From: Malacoraja senta
Taxonomy: Eukaryota
DNA: 64,000 nt
Assembly (NCBI GenBank): GCA_038087875.1
Contig: JAXLNO010000350.1
Span: 186,001-250,000, forward strand
Direction of reading: 5' to 3'
Part shown: one piece after another, positions 1-12,624 of the stretch
How positions within the stretch are numbered: position 1 is the stretch's first letter
Layout of the letters: every line of letters starts with the position of its first letter
The notes under the pieces: generated by a model
What the model was told of the DNA's origin: nothing
What the model saw: only the letters and a program-made list of their open reading frames with translations
Database searches by the model: none
Made by a program: the position numbers and the translations under genes

Positions 1-50
1 GATCTTGTGTGAGACATGCATGGGATGACATTTGGTTGTATTGAATGACA

Positions 51-1010
51 TACATAGATACATAGATAGATACATAGAAAATAGGTGCAGGAGTAGGCCA
101 TTCGGCCCTTCGAGCCTGCACCGCCATTCGATATGATCATGGCTGATCATCCAACTCAGTATCCCTTACCTGCCTTCTCTCCATACCCCCTGATCCCTTT
201 AGCCACAAGGGCCACATCTAACTCCCTCTTAAATATAGCCAATGAACTGGCGTCAACTACCCTCTGTGGCAGAGAGTTCCAGAGATTCACCACTCTCTGT
301 GTGAAAAAGTTTTTCCTCATCTCGGTCTTAAAGGATTTCCCCCTTATCCTTAAGCTGTGACCCCTTGTCCTGGACTTCCCCAACATCGGGAACAATCTTC
401 CTGCATCTAGCCTGTCCAACCCCATAAGAATTTTGTACGTTTCTATAAGATCCCCTCTCAATCTCCTAAATTCTAGCGAGTATAAGCCAAGTCTATCCAG
501 TCTTTCTTCATATGAAAGTCCCGACATCCCAGGAATCAGTCTGGTGAACCTTCTCTGCACTCCCTCTATGGCTATAATGTCCTTCCTCAGATTTGGAGAC
601 CAAAACTGTACGCAATACTCCAGGTGTGGTCTCACCAAGACCCTGTACAACTGCAGTAGAACCTCCCTGCTCCTATACTCAAATCCTCTTGCTATGAAGG
701 CCAACATACCATTCGCTTTCTTCACTGCCTGCTGCACCTGCATGCCTACTTTCAATGACTGGTGTACCATGACACCCAGGTCTCGCTGCACCTCCCCATT
801 TCCTAATCGGCCACCATTTAGACAATAGTCTGCCTTCCCGTTTTTGCCACCAAAGTGGATAACCTCACATTTATCCACATTATACTGCATCTGCCAAACA
901 TTTGCCCACTCCCCCAGCCTATCCAAGTCACCTTGCAGTCTCCTAGCATCCTCCTCACAGCTAACACTGCCCCCAGCTTAGTGTCATCCGCAAACTTAGT
1001 GTCATCCGCA
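51..1010 (-). mobile_element. CR1-clade LINE (HER1-like), 5'-truncated 3' end
   Basis: ORF 156..926(-) is CR1 ORF2 C-terminal (RPHLEYCVQFWSP, RLRGDLIE, FFTQRVVNLWNSLP); FADDTKLG near 1000; (TTCTATGT)-type tail at 51-80. Confidence 0.92.
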
Positions 1011-1019
1011 ATCCGAAGA

Positions 1020-1221
1020 CATCTGCAAGGTTTTCCCCCCACTCACAGAGAGCATCCAGATCCTTCTGTAAGGACAAGCTGTCTTCTGGTGTTTTAATCT
1101 CTCTACAAATGATGGCATCATCTGGGAACAGTCGAACTCTGGACGGAACTGCGTTTGGAATGTCATTGGTATACAGTTGGAAGAGCAGTGGGGCCATGAC
1201 AGTCCCCATGTGGTACACCTG
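1020..1221 (-). mobile_element. Older LINE RT fragment (CR1/L2-group, distinct subfamily)
   Basis: Translates LFQLYTNDIP..VRLFPDDAIICREIKTPEDSLSLQKDLDALCEW (degenerate FADD motif); partly duplicated at 4839-4913 plus 5769-5818. Confidence 0.75.
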
Positions 1222-1441
1222 GTTAATATTTTGTAAGATATCGCTTTTTTGATAACTTACACTCACTTTTTTTTGTTTATTCACTATTATGAGTTGTATG
1301 ATTTAACAATCTTTATGAACACTTCATTTTATGTTTTTCTCTTTCCCTTAATTATGTTTAATAGTGTCAGGAGATGTAACACTGGTGCAGAAATTATGAA
1401 GGACCACCCTGGACTCGGGATTTCGAGGTACTTGGCTGCAT

Positions 1442-2121
1442 CATAGAAACATAGAAACATAGAAATTAGGTGCAGGAGTAGGCCATTCGGCCCTTCGAGC
1501 CTGCACCGCCATTCAATATGATCATGGCTGATCATCCAACTCAGTATCCCGTACCTGCCTTCTCTCCATACCCTCTGATCCCTTTAGCCACAAGGGCCAC
1601 ATCTAACTCCCTCTTAAATATAGCCAATGAACTGGCCTCGACTACCCTCTGTGGCAGAGAGTTCCAGAGATTCACCACTCTCTGTGTGAAAAAAAGTTCT
1701 TCTCATCTCGGTTTTAAAGGATTTCCCCCTTATCCTTAAGCTGTGACCCCTTGTCCTGGACTTCCCCAACATCGGGAGCAATCTTCCTGCATCTAGCCTG
1801 TCAACCCCTTAAGAATTTTGTAAGTTTCTATAAGATCCCCTCTCAATCTCCTAAATTCTAGAGAGTATAAACCAAGTCTATCCAGTCTTTCTTCATAAGA
1901 CAGTCCTGACATCCCAGGAATCAGTCTGATGAACCTTCTCTGCACTCCCTCTATGGCAATAATGTCCTTCCTCAGATTTGGAGACCAAAACTGTACGCAA
2001 TACTCCAGGTGTGGTCTCACCAAGACCCTGTACAACTGCAGTAGAACCTCCCTGCTCCTATACTCAAATCCTTTTGCTATGAAAGCTAACATGCCATTCG
2101 CTTTCTTCACTGCCTGCTGCA
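1442..2121 (-). mobile_element. CR1 LINE 3' fragment
   Basis: Same 3' UTR/tail and ORF2 C-terminal peptide as 51-1010. Confidence 0.9.
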
Positions 2122-4842
2122 CATGAATCATACATTCTGGTAATAATAGCCAATGCAAGATAATAGTCGAATAAACACCGGAGGTCTCACTTTCTGTAGT
2201 TGGAACATTAGAGGTGCGAATGAGACAATTAAGAGGTGTAAAATTCTGGCACAATTAAAATCATTAAACATGGATATTGCTTTCCTACAAGAAATGCATT
2301 TGAAACAACAAACTCAGATCAGATTAAGGGCAGGTACACAAAAAAATGCTGGGAGAAACTCAGCGGGTGCAGCAGCATCTATGGAGCGAAGGAAACAGGC
2401 AACGTTTCGGGCCGAAACCCTTCTTCAGACTGATAGGGGGTGGGGAGAAGAAAGGAAAAAAGGAAAAAGGCGGAGGAGGAGCCCGAGGGCTGGTGGAGGG
2501 GAGGAGACAACCAGAGGGCTGATGAAGGGGAGGGGACAGCAAGGGCTAGCAGAGTTGGGAGAATTCAATGTTCAAGCTCCCAGGATGTAGACTGCCCAAG
2601 CGGAATATGAGGTGCATTTCCTCCAATTTACGGTGTTGCTCGCTGTGGCCATGGAGGGGAACCAGGACAGAGAGGTCAGATACGGAATGGGAGGGGGAGT
2701 TGAAGTGCTGAGCCACCGGGAGGTCAGGTTGGTTATTGCGGACCGACGGGAGGTGTTCGGCGAAACGATCGCCAAGCCTCCGCTTGGTCTCACCGATGTA
2801 GATCAGCTGGCATCTAGAGCAGCGGATGCAATAGATGAGGTTGGAGGAGATGCAGGTGAACCTCTGTCGCACCTGGAACGACTGCTTGGGTCCTTGAATG
2901 GAGTCGAGGGGGGAGGTGAAGGGGCAAGTGTTGCATCTCTTGCGGTTGCAAGGGAAAGTACCAGGGGAGGGGGTGGTACGGGAGGGAAGGGAAGAATTGA
3001 CAAGGGAGTTACGGAGGGAGCGGTCTTTGCGGAAGGCAGACATGGGGGGGAGATGGGAAGATGTGGCGAGTGGTGGGGTCACGTTGGAGGTGGCGAAACT
3101 GACGGAGGATCACTTGTTGTATGTGACGGCTGGTGGGGTGAAAGGTGAGGACTAGGGGGACTCTGCCCTTGTTGTGAGTGGGGGGATGGGGAGAGAGAGC
3201 AGTGTTGCGGGGTATGGCAGAGACCCTGGTGCGAGCCTCATCTATGGTGGAGGAGAGGAACCCCCGTTCCCTGAAGAATGAGGACATTTCAGATGCCCTG
3301 GTGTGGAACGCCTCATCCTGGGAGCAGATGCGGCGTAGATTAAGGGCAAACTGGATAGGTCAAACCTACTACTCCGCATTCACTTCTAAAGCAAGAGGCA
3401 CGGCCATTATAATTCGGAAAGGTATACCTTTTAAATTAAAGAAGTCTATATCTGATAAAGAGGGAAGATACGTTATAGTCACGGGAGAAATTTATAATAC
3501 ACCATTAACTATGATAAATATTTATGCGCCTAATTTTGATAACCCCCAATTTTTAAAGAAAATAGTAGATATAATTGCAGAGCATAATTATCCAAATATA
3601 ATAATGGGGGGAGATTTTAATTGTGTTATAGACCCATATTTAGATAAATCAATAAAGGTAGGGAAACGTCTTGTTAAAACTAAGACCTGTGAATTTTTAA
3701 ATACTTATATAAAAAATAATAACATAACTGATGTTTGGAGAATAGCAAACCCAATTGGAAGGGAATATTCGTTTTACTCATCGGCTCATAAAACCTATTA
3801 ATGAATTGACGATTTCTTATTGGATACAAATTTAATCCCGTACACGACTAAACCATCATACCATAATAGTATTATTTCTGATCATTCACTTTTATACTTA
3901 AAATCGAGGGAATGCCGGGTATAAAACCTTTTTGGAGATTCAACGCACAAATATTAAATAACCCGCAGGGTTATGAGTATATAAAAGAACAAACACAATT
4001 TTTTTTCGAGATAAATGAGACGCCGGGTATTTCTGTATCGCTATTATGGGAAACCTTTAAGGCATACATTCGCGGTGCTATAATCTCTTATCAAAGTTTT
4101 CAAAATAAAGAAAATAAAAGAGAACTTCAGAGGATAGAACAGGAAATAAATCATTAGAACCGGACAATGCAAGTGACCCAACTATAGATAAACATAATAA
4201 GATAACCTTATTGAAATATAAACTCAATAGAATATTATCGGCAAGAGTAATAAGACTATTCCAAATTACAAAACAGGCACACTTCGAATTTGGGGATAAG
4301 CCACATAAATTATTAGCGAGGCAACTGAAGCGACAAGAAAAGGAAAATACAATCACTAAAATTAAATCTGATAAGGGTGAGCTTCTATCACTACCAAAGG
4401 ATATTAATAAAAGGTTTGCCCAATTTGATCATAATTTATACACAACTAAAATGAATACAGATTACAAATTTCTTAGATAATTGCAACCTCCCTAAATTGG
4501 ATAGTTTAGAACAAGAGGAATTAGGAGCACGGATTACTAGTGAAGAAATAAAACAAATAATAAACTCATTGAAAAATTTCAGGAGTCAATTGTACCAAGA
4601 TTACTCAACTTATACACGCAGGCTTATACCGAAAATAAACTACCAGAAACTTTAGCAGAATCAACAATAACGCTTATACCAAAAAAAGATAAAGATTTAG
4701 ATGAACTGGGTTCTTACAGAGCTCTATCACTTCTAAATACGGATCAGAAAATCGTAGCAAAGATTCTAGCAAGAAGACTTAATAATTATATTAACAAATT
4801 GGTAAACCCGGATCAAACGGGATTTATACCCAAAAGACAATC
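2122..4842 (+). mobile_element. L1-clade LINE ORF2 (endonuclease plus start of RT), decayed and split by a Penelope insertion
   Basis: APE motifs SWNIRG, FLQEMH, NIYAPN, MGGDFN, then WRFN, WETFKAYIRG, EFGDKP, LIPKKDKD, YRALSLLNTD, PDQTGFI; stops and frameshifts present. Confidence 0.9.
2333..3336 (-). mobile_element. Penelope-like element 3' portion (GIY-YIG endonuclease and pLTR)
   Basis: ORF 2546..3082(-): C-x2-C, NLIYCIRC..C..IYIGETKRRLGDRFAEH; perfect 12-bp TSD AGATTAAGGGCA at 2321-2332 and 3337-3348. Confidence 0.92.
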
Positions 4843-4913
4843 TCTCTATAAATGATGGCATCATCTGGGAACAGTCGAACTCTGGACGAAACTGCATTTG
4901 GAATGTCATTGGT

Positions 4914-5768
4914 GGGCGGCGCGACTCTCGTCAGCAGCGGCCTCTGCAGTCCGTCTGTCTTTTTATTATTTTTGTCTCGTTTTTATGTAGTTTTTTATTT
5001 TATTTTTTGTCGGGGTATGTGTGTGGGGGGGGGGGGGTGGGGGTGGGGGAAACTTTAAAATCTTTCCCCTGCACGGGAGACCCGACCTTTTCTTTCTCGG
5101 GTCTCCGTTGTCGTTGGGGCTGGGCAACGTGGAGCGGCCTCCAGCAGGAACGACCTGGGGCTCCAGTTGCGGAGCTGCGGACTACTCACCGTCGCGGGGC
5201 TGGCCGAGTCCGGAGCGGGTGGAGCTGTGGTGGAGACAATCGCTGCTGCGACCCGACCCCCGGAGATTCGGAGGCTACAACCGCGGGTCTGGCGGACGGC
5301 AACACCGGAAGCCCGCCGGTCCCCTGGTGGGAGACCGCTTTTCGGAGCTTCCGCAGCGGCGACTTCTCCCGCCCGAGTTGCGGGGTTGAAGAGCACCTGG
5401 AGCGGGGCTTTACATCATCGCCCCGCGCGGCTTGGAATGGCCGCCGGACTTTGCGAGCGCACGCCGGGGCTCTAACACCAAGACCCGGTGCGCGACCTTG
5501 CATCGCCCGGCGTGGCTTTAATGGCCGCGGGATAATCACCATCGCCCGCCGGGGGCTTTGACTTTGACTCTGACATCGGGGGGGGGGGGGGGGGGGAGTG
5601 CAGTGGAGAGATAAGTGTTTTTTTGCCTTCCATCACAGCGCTGTGATGGATGGATGTGTAAATTGTGTTGTGTCTCGGGTCTTCTTCGTTTTGTGATGTA
5701 TGGCTGCAGAAACGACATTTCGTTTGGACCTCAACGGGGTCCAAATGACAAATAAATTGTATTGTAAT
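4914..5768 (+). mobile_element. GC-rich non-autonomous retroelement (head, T-tract, polyG-GAAACT, GC body, hairpin, LINE-like tail)
   Basis: Interrupts the RT fragment, which resumes at 5769; ends ..GACAAATAAATTGTATTGTA; same architecture as 8420-9280 and 10606-11352. Confidence 0.7.
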
Positions 5769-5932
5769 TACAGTAGGAAGAGCAATGGGCCCATGAGAGT
5801 CCCCATGTGGTACACCTGATGTCACAGAAGTTTCAATAGATGTCTCTCCCTCCAAGAGAACTCGCTGGTGTCTCCTTGTCAAAAAGATCTCAATCCATTT
5901 TAAGAGATCCCACACCATCCTGGCCACGCGCT
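5769..5932 (-). mobile_element. LINE RT fragment, continuation of 4839-4913
   Basis: WIEIFLTRRHQRVLLEGETS..VTSGVPHG is the RT SGVPQG region. Confidence 0.75.
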
Positions 5933-6537
5933 CATAGAAACATAGAACCATAGAAAATAGGTGCAGGAGTAGGCCATTCGGCCCTTCGAGCCTGCATCGC
6001 CATTCAATATGATCATGGCTGATCATCCAACTCAGTGTCCTGTACCTGCCTTCTCTCCATACCCCCTGATCCCTTTAGCCACAAGGGCCACATCTAACTC
6101 CCTCTTAAATATAGCTAATGAACTGGCCTCAACTACCCTCTGTGGCAGAGAATTCCACAGATTCACCACTCTCTGTGTAAAAAATGTTTTTCTCATCTCA
6201 GTCCTAAAAGACTTCCCCCTTATCCTTAAACTGTGACCCCTTGTTCTGGACTTCCCCAACATCGGGAACAATCTTCCTGCATCTAGCCTGTCCAACCCCT
6301 TAAGAATTTTGTAAGTTTCTATAAGATCCCCCCTCAATCTTCTAAATTCTAGCAAGTACAAGCCGAGTCTATCCAGTCTTTCTTCATATGAAAGTCCTGC
6401 CATCCCAGGAATCAGTCTGGTGAACCTTCTCTGTACTCCCTCTATGGCAAGAATTTCTTTCCTCAGATTAGGAGACCAAAACTGTACACAATACTCCAGG
6501 TGTGGTCTCACCAAGACCCTGTACAACTGCAGTAGAA
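5933..6537 (-). mobile_element. CR1 LINE 3' fragment
   Basis: ORF 6032..6526(-) is CR1 ORF2 C-terminus; tail at 5933-5955. Confidence 0.9.
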
Positions 6538-6539
6538 AC

Positions 6540-7260
6540 TCATCTCTCCGCTGCCTTCAGGAGAGATGTCTACCGTTGCCTACAGGAGCCTGATATCTGC
6601 AACATCCAGGTTCAGGAATAGCCTCTTCCCCCACAGCCATCAGATTATTAAACTCAACTCCAACAAACATCTGAACTTTAATAGCCTATTGCACCTTATC
6701 TGTCATATGCTGAGAGAATGGAGCAGCTGGGCTTGTACACTCTGGAGTTTAGAAGGATGAGAGGATATCTCATTGAAACATATAATATTATTAAGGGCTT
6801 GGACACGCTAGAGGCAGGAAACATGTTCCCGATGTTGGGGGAGTCCAGAACCAGGGGCCACACACAGTTTAAGAATAAGGAGTAAGGCATTTAGAACGGA
6901 GACGAGGAAACACGTTTTCTCACAGAGAGTTGTGAGTCTGTGGAATTCTCTGCCTCAGAGGGCGGTGGAGGCAGTTTCTCTGGATGCTTTCAAGAGAGAG
7001 CTAGATAGGGCTCTTAATGATAGCGGAGTCAGGGGATATGGGGAGAAGGCAGGAACGGGGTACTGATTGGGGATGATCAGCCATGATCACATTTGAATGG
7101 CTCGAAGGGCCAAATTGCCTACTCCTGCACCTATTGTCTATTGTCTATTATCTGCCTATTTGTGTGTGTATATATATGTATATATATATACAATGGTATA
7201 TGGACACACTGATCTGTTATGTAGTCACGCCTACTATATTCTGTTGTGCTGAAGCAAAGT
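6540..7260 (+). mobile_element. Rex/Babar-like LINE 3' fragment with a nested CR1 3' end (6700-7149, +)
   Basis: YRSL..TSRFRNS-like C-terminus at 6580-6650; nested CR1 ends in (CTATTGT) repeats; tail resumes ~7150. Confidence 0.6.
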
Positions 7261-7289
7261 CTGGCCCATATGCCTTAGTTGGTTTGATT

Positions 7290-7703
7290 TAGAAACACGG
7301 AAATTAGGTGCATGAGGAGGCCATTCGGCCCTTCAAGCCAGCACCGCCATTCATTGTGATCATGGCTGATCGTCCCCTATCAACAACCCGTGCCTGCCTT
7401 CTCCCCATATCCCTTGACTCCACCAGCCCCTAGAGCTCTATCTAACTCTCTCTTAAATCCATCCAGTGATTTGGCCTCCACTGCCATCTGTGGCAGGGAA
7501 TTCCACAAATTCACAACTCTCTGGGTGGAAACGTTTTTTTTTTCTCTCACCTCAGTCTTAAATGACCTCCCCTTTATTCTAAGACTGTGTGGCCCCTGGT
7601 TCTGGACTCGCCCAACATTGGGAACGTTTTTTCCTGCATCTAGCTTGTCCAGTCCTTTTATAATTTTATATGTTTCTATAAGATTTCCCCCTCATCCTTC
7701 TAA
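7290..7703 (-). mobile_element. CR1 LINE 3' fragment
   Basis: CR1 3' UTR (GGCCATTCGGCCC...CATGGCTGATC) and ORF2 end. Confidence 0.85.
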
Positions 7704-9496
7704 AGGATTTTTTGGAGTTTTTGGAGTTTGTTGTGAGTTCAATGACGGGCGTTCATCTTGGTTTCTTCATCGCTGGGATCTCAGGTTGGAAAAGACGCCG
7801 CCGCTGGGCCCTGCGTCCTTTGTCCACCCCCTCCTCCATTCCCGAGGGCGATTCTGCGGCCGGCGAACCGAGGCGTGCGTGCGGGGGGAATGTCATGTCT
7901 GGGCTCCCTCTGGGCCTCCGACTGTAGCGCCCCCTGCCGGCGAGAGGCCTCTGCGCAGTGCCCCCTGCCGGTTGAAGGCCGCAGTGCAGCGCCTATGGTC
8001 CCCCCTCAGATTGGCGGTGACGTCGGGGCGCCGGTCGTACGCGGTGTCCGTGCGTGGGGCGGACGACACCGGGTGGCCGACGTCACGATGCAAGGCGGGC
8101 GGGCGTGTGGCCGGCTCGACGTGGTTCCCGGATACTCGCCGTACCCAAGTCATCCCCACACCACCCTCTCCCCCCCCTCCTACACTCCCCCGCCCACACA
8201 CCCCCCCTCCCCTCCTCCCTTCTCACCCCACACCCCCCCTCCCCTCCTCCCCTCCACTCTTATCACCACCCTTGCCACACACCCCCTTCCCTCGCCCCCT
8301 CCCCTCCTCCCCTCTCACCACCCTTGCCACACACCCCCTTCCCTCTCCCCCTCCCCTCCTCCCCTCTCACCCCACACCCCCCTTGCCACACACCCCCCTC
8401 CCCTCCTCCCCTCCTACACAAGATGGCGGATGTGCAGGAGTGGGCGCCGGTTGTGCGGGCTGCCTGCCTGCAGTCCGTCCTCTAACCCTTTTTTGTTTAT
8501 TATTTTGTCTATTTTTATTTGGAGGTCTATTCTTTCTCTGTGGGGGGGTGGGGGGAAACTGTTTCAACTCCAGTCCTACCTGGTCGGAGATGCGGTTTTC
8601 CTCCGAATCGCATCTTCGCTCTCCCCATGCGGCCTTCCATCGGGCTGGAGCGGCGTTTCCTGTCGGGGGACCACAGCTTCGGCGGCACAGCGCTGGGACA
8701 CCAACACGGAGCGGGCGATGCCTTGCCGGGTCGCCGCTCCGGAGTGCTGTGACCGCCGACCACCAACATCGAGCAGCCGCGGGCTGCGGTCTGAGGGCGT
8801 CCCGCCGCGGGCGGGCGGCGCTGGATCGAAAACACCGCGGAGTCAGAGTCGAAGCTCCAACCGGCGCGGCCTGAAGACTACGGGCGTCGCAGTCTCCGGG
8901 GAGGGAGCGGCCCCTCCAGACACTTCCAAGGCCGCTGAGGACTTTCAACCCGATGCCGGTGTTCCAGCTTCCCGGCGGGTGGGGCCTACAACATCGGGCT
9001 GCCGTTGCGGCGACTGGCTGCGGAGCCCTCGGACTGGCCCCGATCTCGGGTGGACTGGGAGGAGGACTGGACATTTTGGTGCCTTTCCCTCACGGTGGAG
9101 AGTGTCGACTCTGCTGTGGAGGGATGTTCATGTTGAATCTCTAAATAGTGTGTCGTGTCTTTTTTATTCTACCTTTTTATTTTTATTTATATGGTTAATT
9201 GTCTGTGAAGCGCTTTGGTTTCAGTAATCTGATTGAAAGGCGCTATATAAATAAACTTACTTTACTTTACTTTACTTTACACATGAAGAGGAGGGGGAGG
9301 GAGCATTGGAGGATGAGGGGATATGAGCTGCACCTGCACAGTTACGGGCTATTGGTGCGTGGTGGAATACTGCGTTGGGGGAACGGGTTGCGTTGGGGTA
9401 ACGGGTTAGTGGTGGAATATTGCATTGGGGAATGGGTTGCGTTGGGAGACCAGGCCTCCCGTGTGACTGGGGCCCAACGGGTCCCACTTAGTCTAG
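7704..9496 (+). mobile_element. Non-autonomous Helitron-like element, 5' end lost, with nested insertion 8420-9280
   Basis: 3' end GGCCCAACGGGTCC hairpin followed by CACTTAGT-CTAG|T at 9493-9497, the canonical Helitron terminus; same terminus as 55486-55520 (-). Left boundary is inferred. Confidence 0.6.
8420..9280 (+). mobile_element. GC-rich non-autonomous retroelement with L2-like tail
   Basis: Starts AAGATGGCGG; T-tract; GGGGGAAACT; hairpin 9086-9124; tail AGCGCTTTG..AAAGGCGCTATATAAATAAA(CTTTA)n. Confidence 0.7.
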
Positions 9497-9667
9497 TTCC
9501 AAAGCGGTGAAGGAACTCAGTGGGTCAGGGAAGGGAATCTAAGGCGACCACTCCCACCTCTCCTTTCCAACTTTCTCCACCCCCCCACTCCAAGCAGTCC
9601 GAAGAACGGTCCTGACCCAGAATGCTGCCTGTCCGTGCTCTCCAGAGGTGCAAGTTATTCCAGAAGA

Positions 9668-10135
9668 GAGGGCTTGTACTCGCTAGAATTTTAACTCAAT
9701 CTTCCAAATTTGGCTTGTACTCGCTAGAATTTAGAAGATTGAGGGGGGATCTTATAGAAACTTACAAAATTCTTAAGGGGTTGGACAGGCTAGATGCAAG
9801 AAGATTGTTCCCGATGTTTGGGGAAGTCCAGAACAAGGGGTCACAGTTTAAGGATAAGGGGGGAAGTCTTTTAGGACCGAGATGAGAAAAACATTTTTCA
9901 CACAGAGAGTGGAATTCTCTGCCACAGAATGTAGTTGAGGCCAGTTCATTGGCTATATTTAAGAGGGAGTTAGATGTGGCCCTTGTGGCTAAAGGGATCA
10001 GGGGGTATGGAGAGAAGGCAGGTACAGGATACTGAGTTGGATGATCAGCCATGATCATATAGAATGGCAGTGCAGGCTTGAAGGGCCGAATGGCCTACTC
10101 CTGCACCTATTTTCTATGTTTCTATGTTACTATGT
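9668..10135 (+). mobile_element. CR1 LINE 3' end
   Basis: GLYSLEFRRLRGDLIETYKILKG; tail TTCTATGTTTCTATG. Confidence 0.88.
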
Positions 10136-10605
10136 ACATCAGGCCTTCTGTGGCAGCGACTACGGGTGGTTCAAGGCCCTGATCACGGGTGAACAAAGGA
10201 GGAAGATTGACTGAACTTTATTGGCTTCCGTCGCAGTGAGGAATGATGATTCCACTGTGGTGGATGTTTATGTTAAATTCTATTGTGGATTGTGTTCTTT
10301 TTACTCGTATGGCCCTATGATCAAATATCACTACCCTAACTGGTGCATGTGACTCTAAATGTGAACTTGTACTATGTACTATGTTTGCATGTTCTGTTGT
10401 GCTGCAGCAAGTAAGAAATTCTTGCTATTGATCGAGGGAGCCCAGCGTAGGTTCACCGGGTTAATTCCCGGGATGGCGGGACTGTCATATGCTGAGAGAA
10501 TGGAGCGGCTGGGCTTGTAAACTCTGGAGTTTAGAAGGATGAGAGGGCATCTCATTGAAACATATACAGAGAGATACAAACATATGCGGACAATACATTG
10601 TCTGA

Positions 10606-11352
10606 GTGGTGGCGCCATCTGGTGGTGGCAGCCTAACCAGCAGCTGTCTGTCCTTTCATCCTTTGTGTTATTTTTAGTCTGTCTAAAAGTTTGTTTTTGG
10701 AGGTCTTTTAGTTTTTTTTATGTGTGGGGTGGGGGGGGGGGGGGGAAACTGGTTTTCTCAGTCACTACCTGGTCGAGGATGCGTCTTTCCTCCGAGCCGC
10801 ATCTTCGCCGCCTACCATCTGGATTGGCGCGACCTTTCCTGCCGGAGACCGGCCAGAGTTTCAGCAGCGGCGAAGCACTGCGTTCCATCGCGGATGCCTT
10901 ATCGGGGATCGCCGTGTTGGAGCTCCGGAATGTTGGATCCGCCGAGTCTAACACTGTGGAGCTGGGGTCCGTGGAGCTTCCAGCCGCGCGGGCGGTGCTG
11001 ACTTTAACATCGCGGGGGGCCTGGGATCTTTCGCCGAAGGATCGCCAGTGTTGGAGCTCGGCCTGTGGAGTTCGGGAGCCGCGGTCTCCGGTAGGAAGCG
11101 GCCGATTCGGAAACTCCAAGCCGCTCAGAGTTCCAATCATCCCAGCGAGAGGGCCTGAAACATCGGGCCGCCGTAGCGGCGATTGCGGAGGCCTCAATAG
11201 GCCCCGACCACGGGTGAAAAAGAGGAAGTTTGCTGCCTTCCCTCACAGTGGGAAACGTTGATTCCCCTGTGGGGGATGTTTTATGTAAAATTCTATAGTG
11301 TTGTGTTTATTTTATTTGTGTGCTGCATGGTAACTCAAATTTCACTGCACCA
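10606..11352 (+). mobile_element. GC-rich non-autonomous retroelement
   Basis: Same head/T-tract/polyG-GAAACT/CTACCTGG architecture; hairpin 11239-11276; 3' part duplicated at 12283-12622. Confidence 0.68.
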
Positions 11353-11407
11353 AGATACAAGATACATTTATTGGTCACATGTACCAATTGGTACAGTGAA
11401 ATGTGAT

Positions 11408-12281
11408 ATAAATTTTTATTAGAAGCAAACATATTACAATGTAGAGTAACATATTATAATAGAAGAAAAACTTTTCATATACATCAATCACTCATACATT
11501 ATTAAATTTGTCAATTGTCAGTTAATTCTGCTTCTAGTGGGGGTTTTTTATATAGATAGAAAAAGAAAAATAGAGAGAAAGAAGAAAGAAGAGAGAGAAA
11601 GAAGAATTACAATATCAAAAAAGAAAAAGAGGTGGAATGAATAACTTATAATACGTCATAGGAGATAAGTTCGTAGGTTATGAAATATAATTACATCTAA
11701 TCCTGAGTTCAAGCTTCAGTCGGGCTTTCGCGCTGGGCCACTCTATCCCTTCAAATAGGCAATGAATGGAGCCCATATTTTAACAAAAAGTTCTTGCTTG
11801 TCCATTAAGACGAGTCTAATTCTTTCTAGATGTAGGGTCTCCGACATTTCCACAATCCACATTTTAATTGTGGGGGTTGTAGGGCCTTTCCAGAATTTTA
11901 ATATTAATTTTTTCCCTGTTATTATACTGTAGTCAAGGAAGTTTCTTTGGCTTGTTGTGAGTGTTAAACTTTGTTCTGATATCCCAAGTATTATTAATTT
12001 TGAGTCTGGAGCTAGTTTGGTATTAACAACTTCAGAGATTATTTGAAAAATATCAGTCCAGTAATTTTTAATTTTTATACAATTTGCAAAGGTATGTGTT
12101 AAATTGGCCTCTAGATGCAGGCATTTATCACATATAAGAGAAATATGTGGGAAAATTCTATTTAGTTTTATTTTGGAATAATGTAATCTGTGTAAGACTT
12201 TAAATTGTATTAAAGCATGTCTGGCATTTAACGAACATTGATGTATATGTTGTAAACTTTCGTCCCAAATAAGATCCCAGA
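11408..12281 (-). mobile_element. L1-clade LINE 3' fragment (ORF2 Cys-rich C-terminus and 3' UTR)
   Basis: ORF 11743..(-): IQFKVLHRLHYS..CDKC..THTFANC..YW..ILKFWK..W..F; AATAAA on - strand near 11416. Confidence 0.85.
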
Positions 12282-12624
12282 CCGCGGGGGCCTGGGATCT
12301 TTCGCCGAGGATCGCCAGTGTTGGAGCTCGGCCTGTGGACTTCGGGAGCCGCGGTCTCCGGTAGGAAGCGGCCGATTCGGAAACTCCAAGACGCTCAGAG
12401 TTCCAATCATCCCAGCGAAAGGGCCTGAAACATCGGGCCGCCGTAGCGACGATTGCGGAGGCCTCAATAGGCCCCGACCACGGGTGAAAAAGAGGAAGTT
12501 TGCTGCCTTCCCTCACAGTGGGAAACGTTGATTCCCCTGTGGGGGATGTTTTATGTAAAATTCTATAGTGTTGTGTTGATCTTATTTGTGTGCTGCATGG
12601 TAACTCAAATTTCACTGCACCAAG

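Noticed and set aside
133..360. Recurrent MIMADHPTQY ORFs
   Set aside because: Antisense reading of CR1 3' ends, repeated with each copy.
7390..9227. Long 494-aa and 489-aa ORFs
   Set aside because: Stop-poor GC/C-rich sequence crossing three unrelated repeats; low-complexity, no domain.
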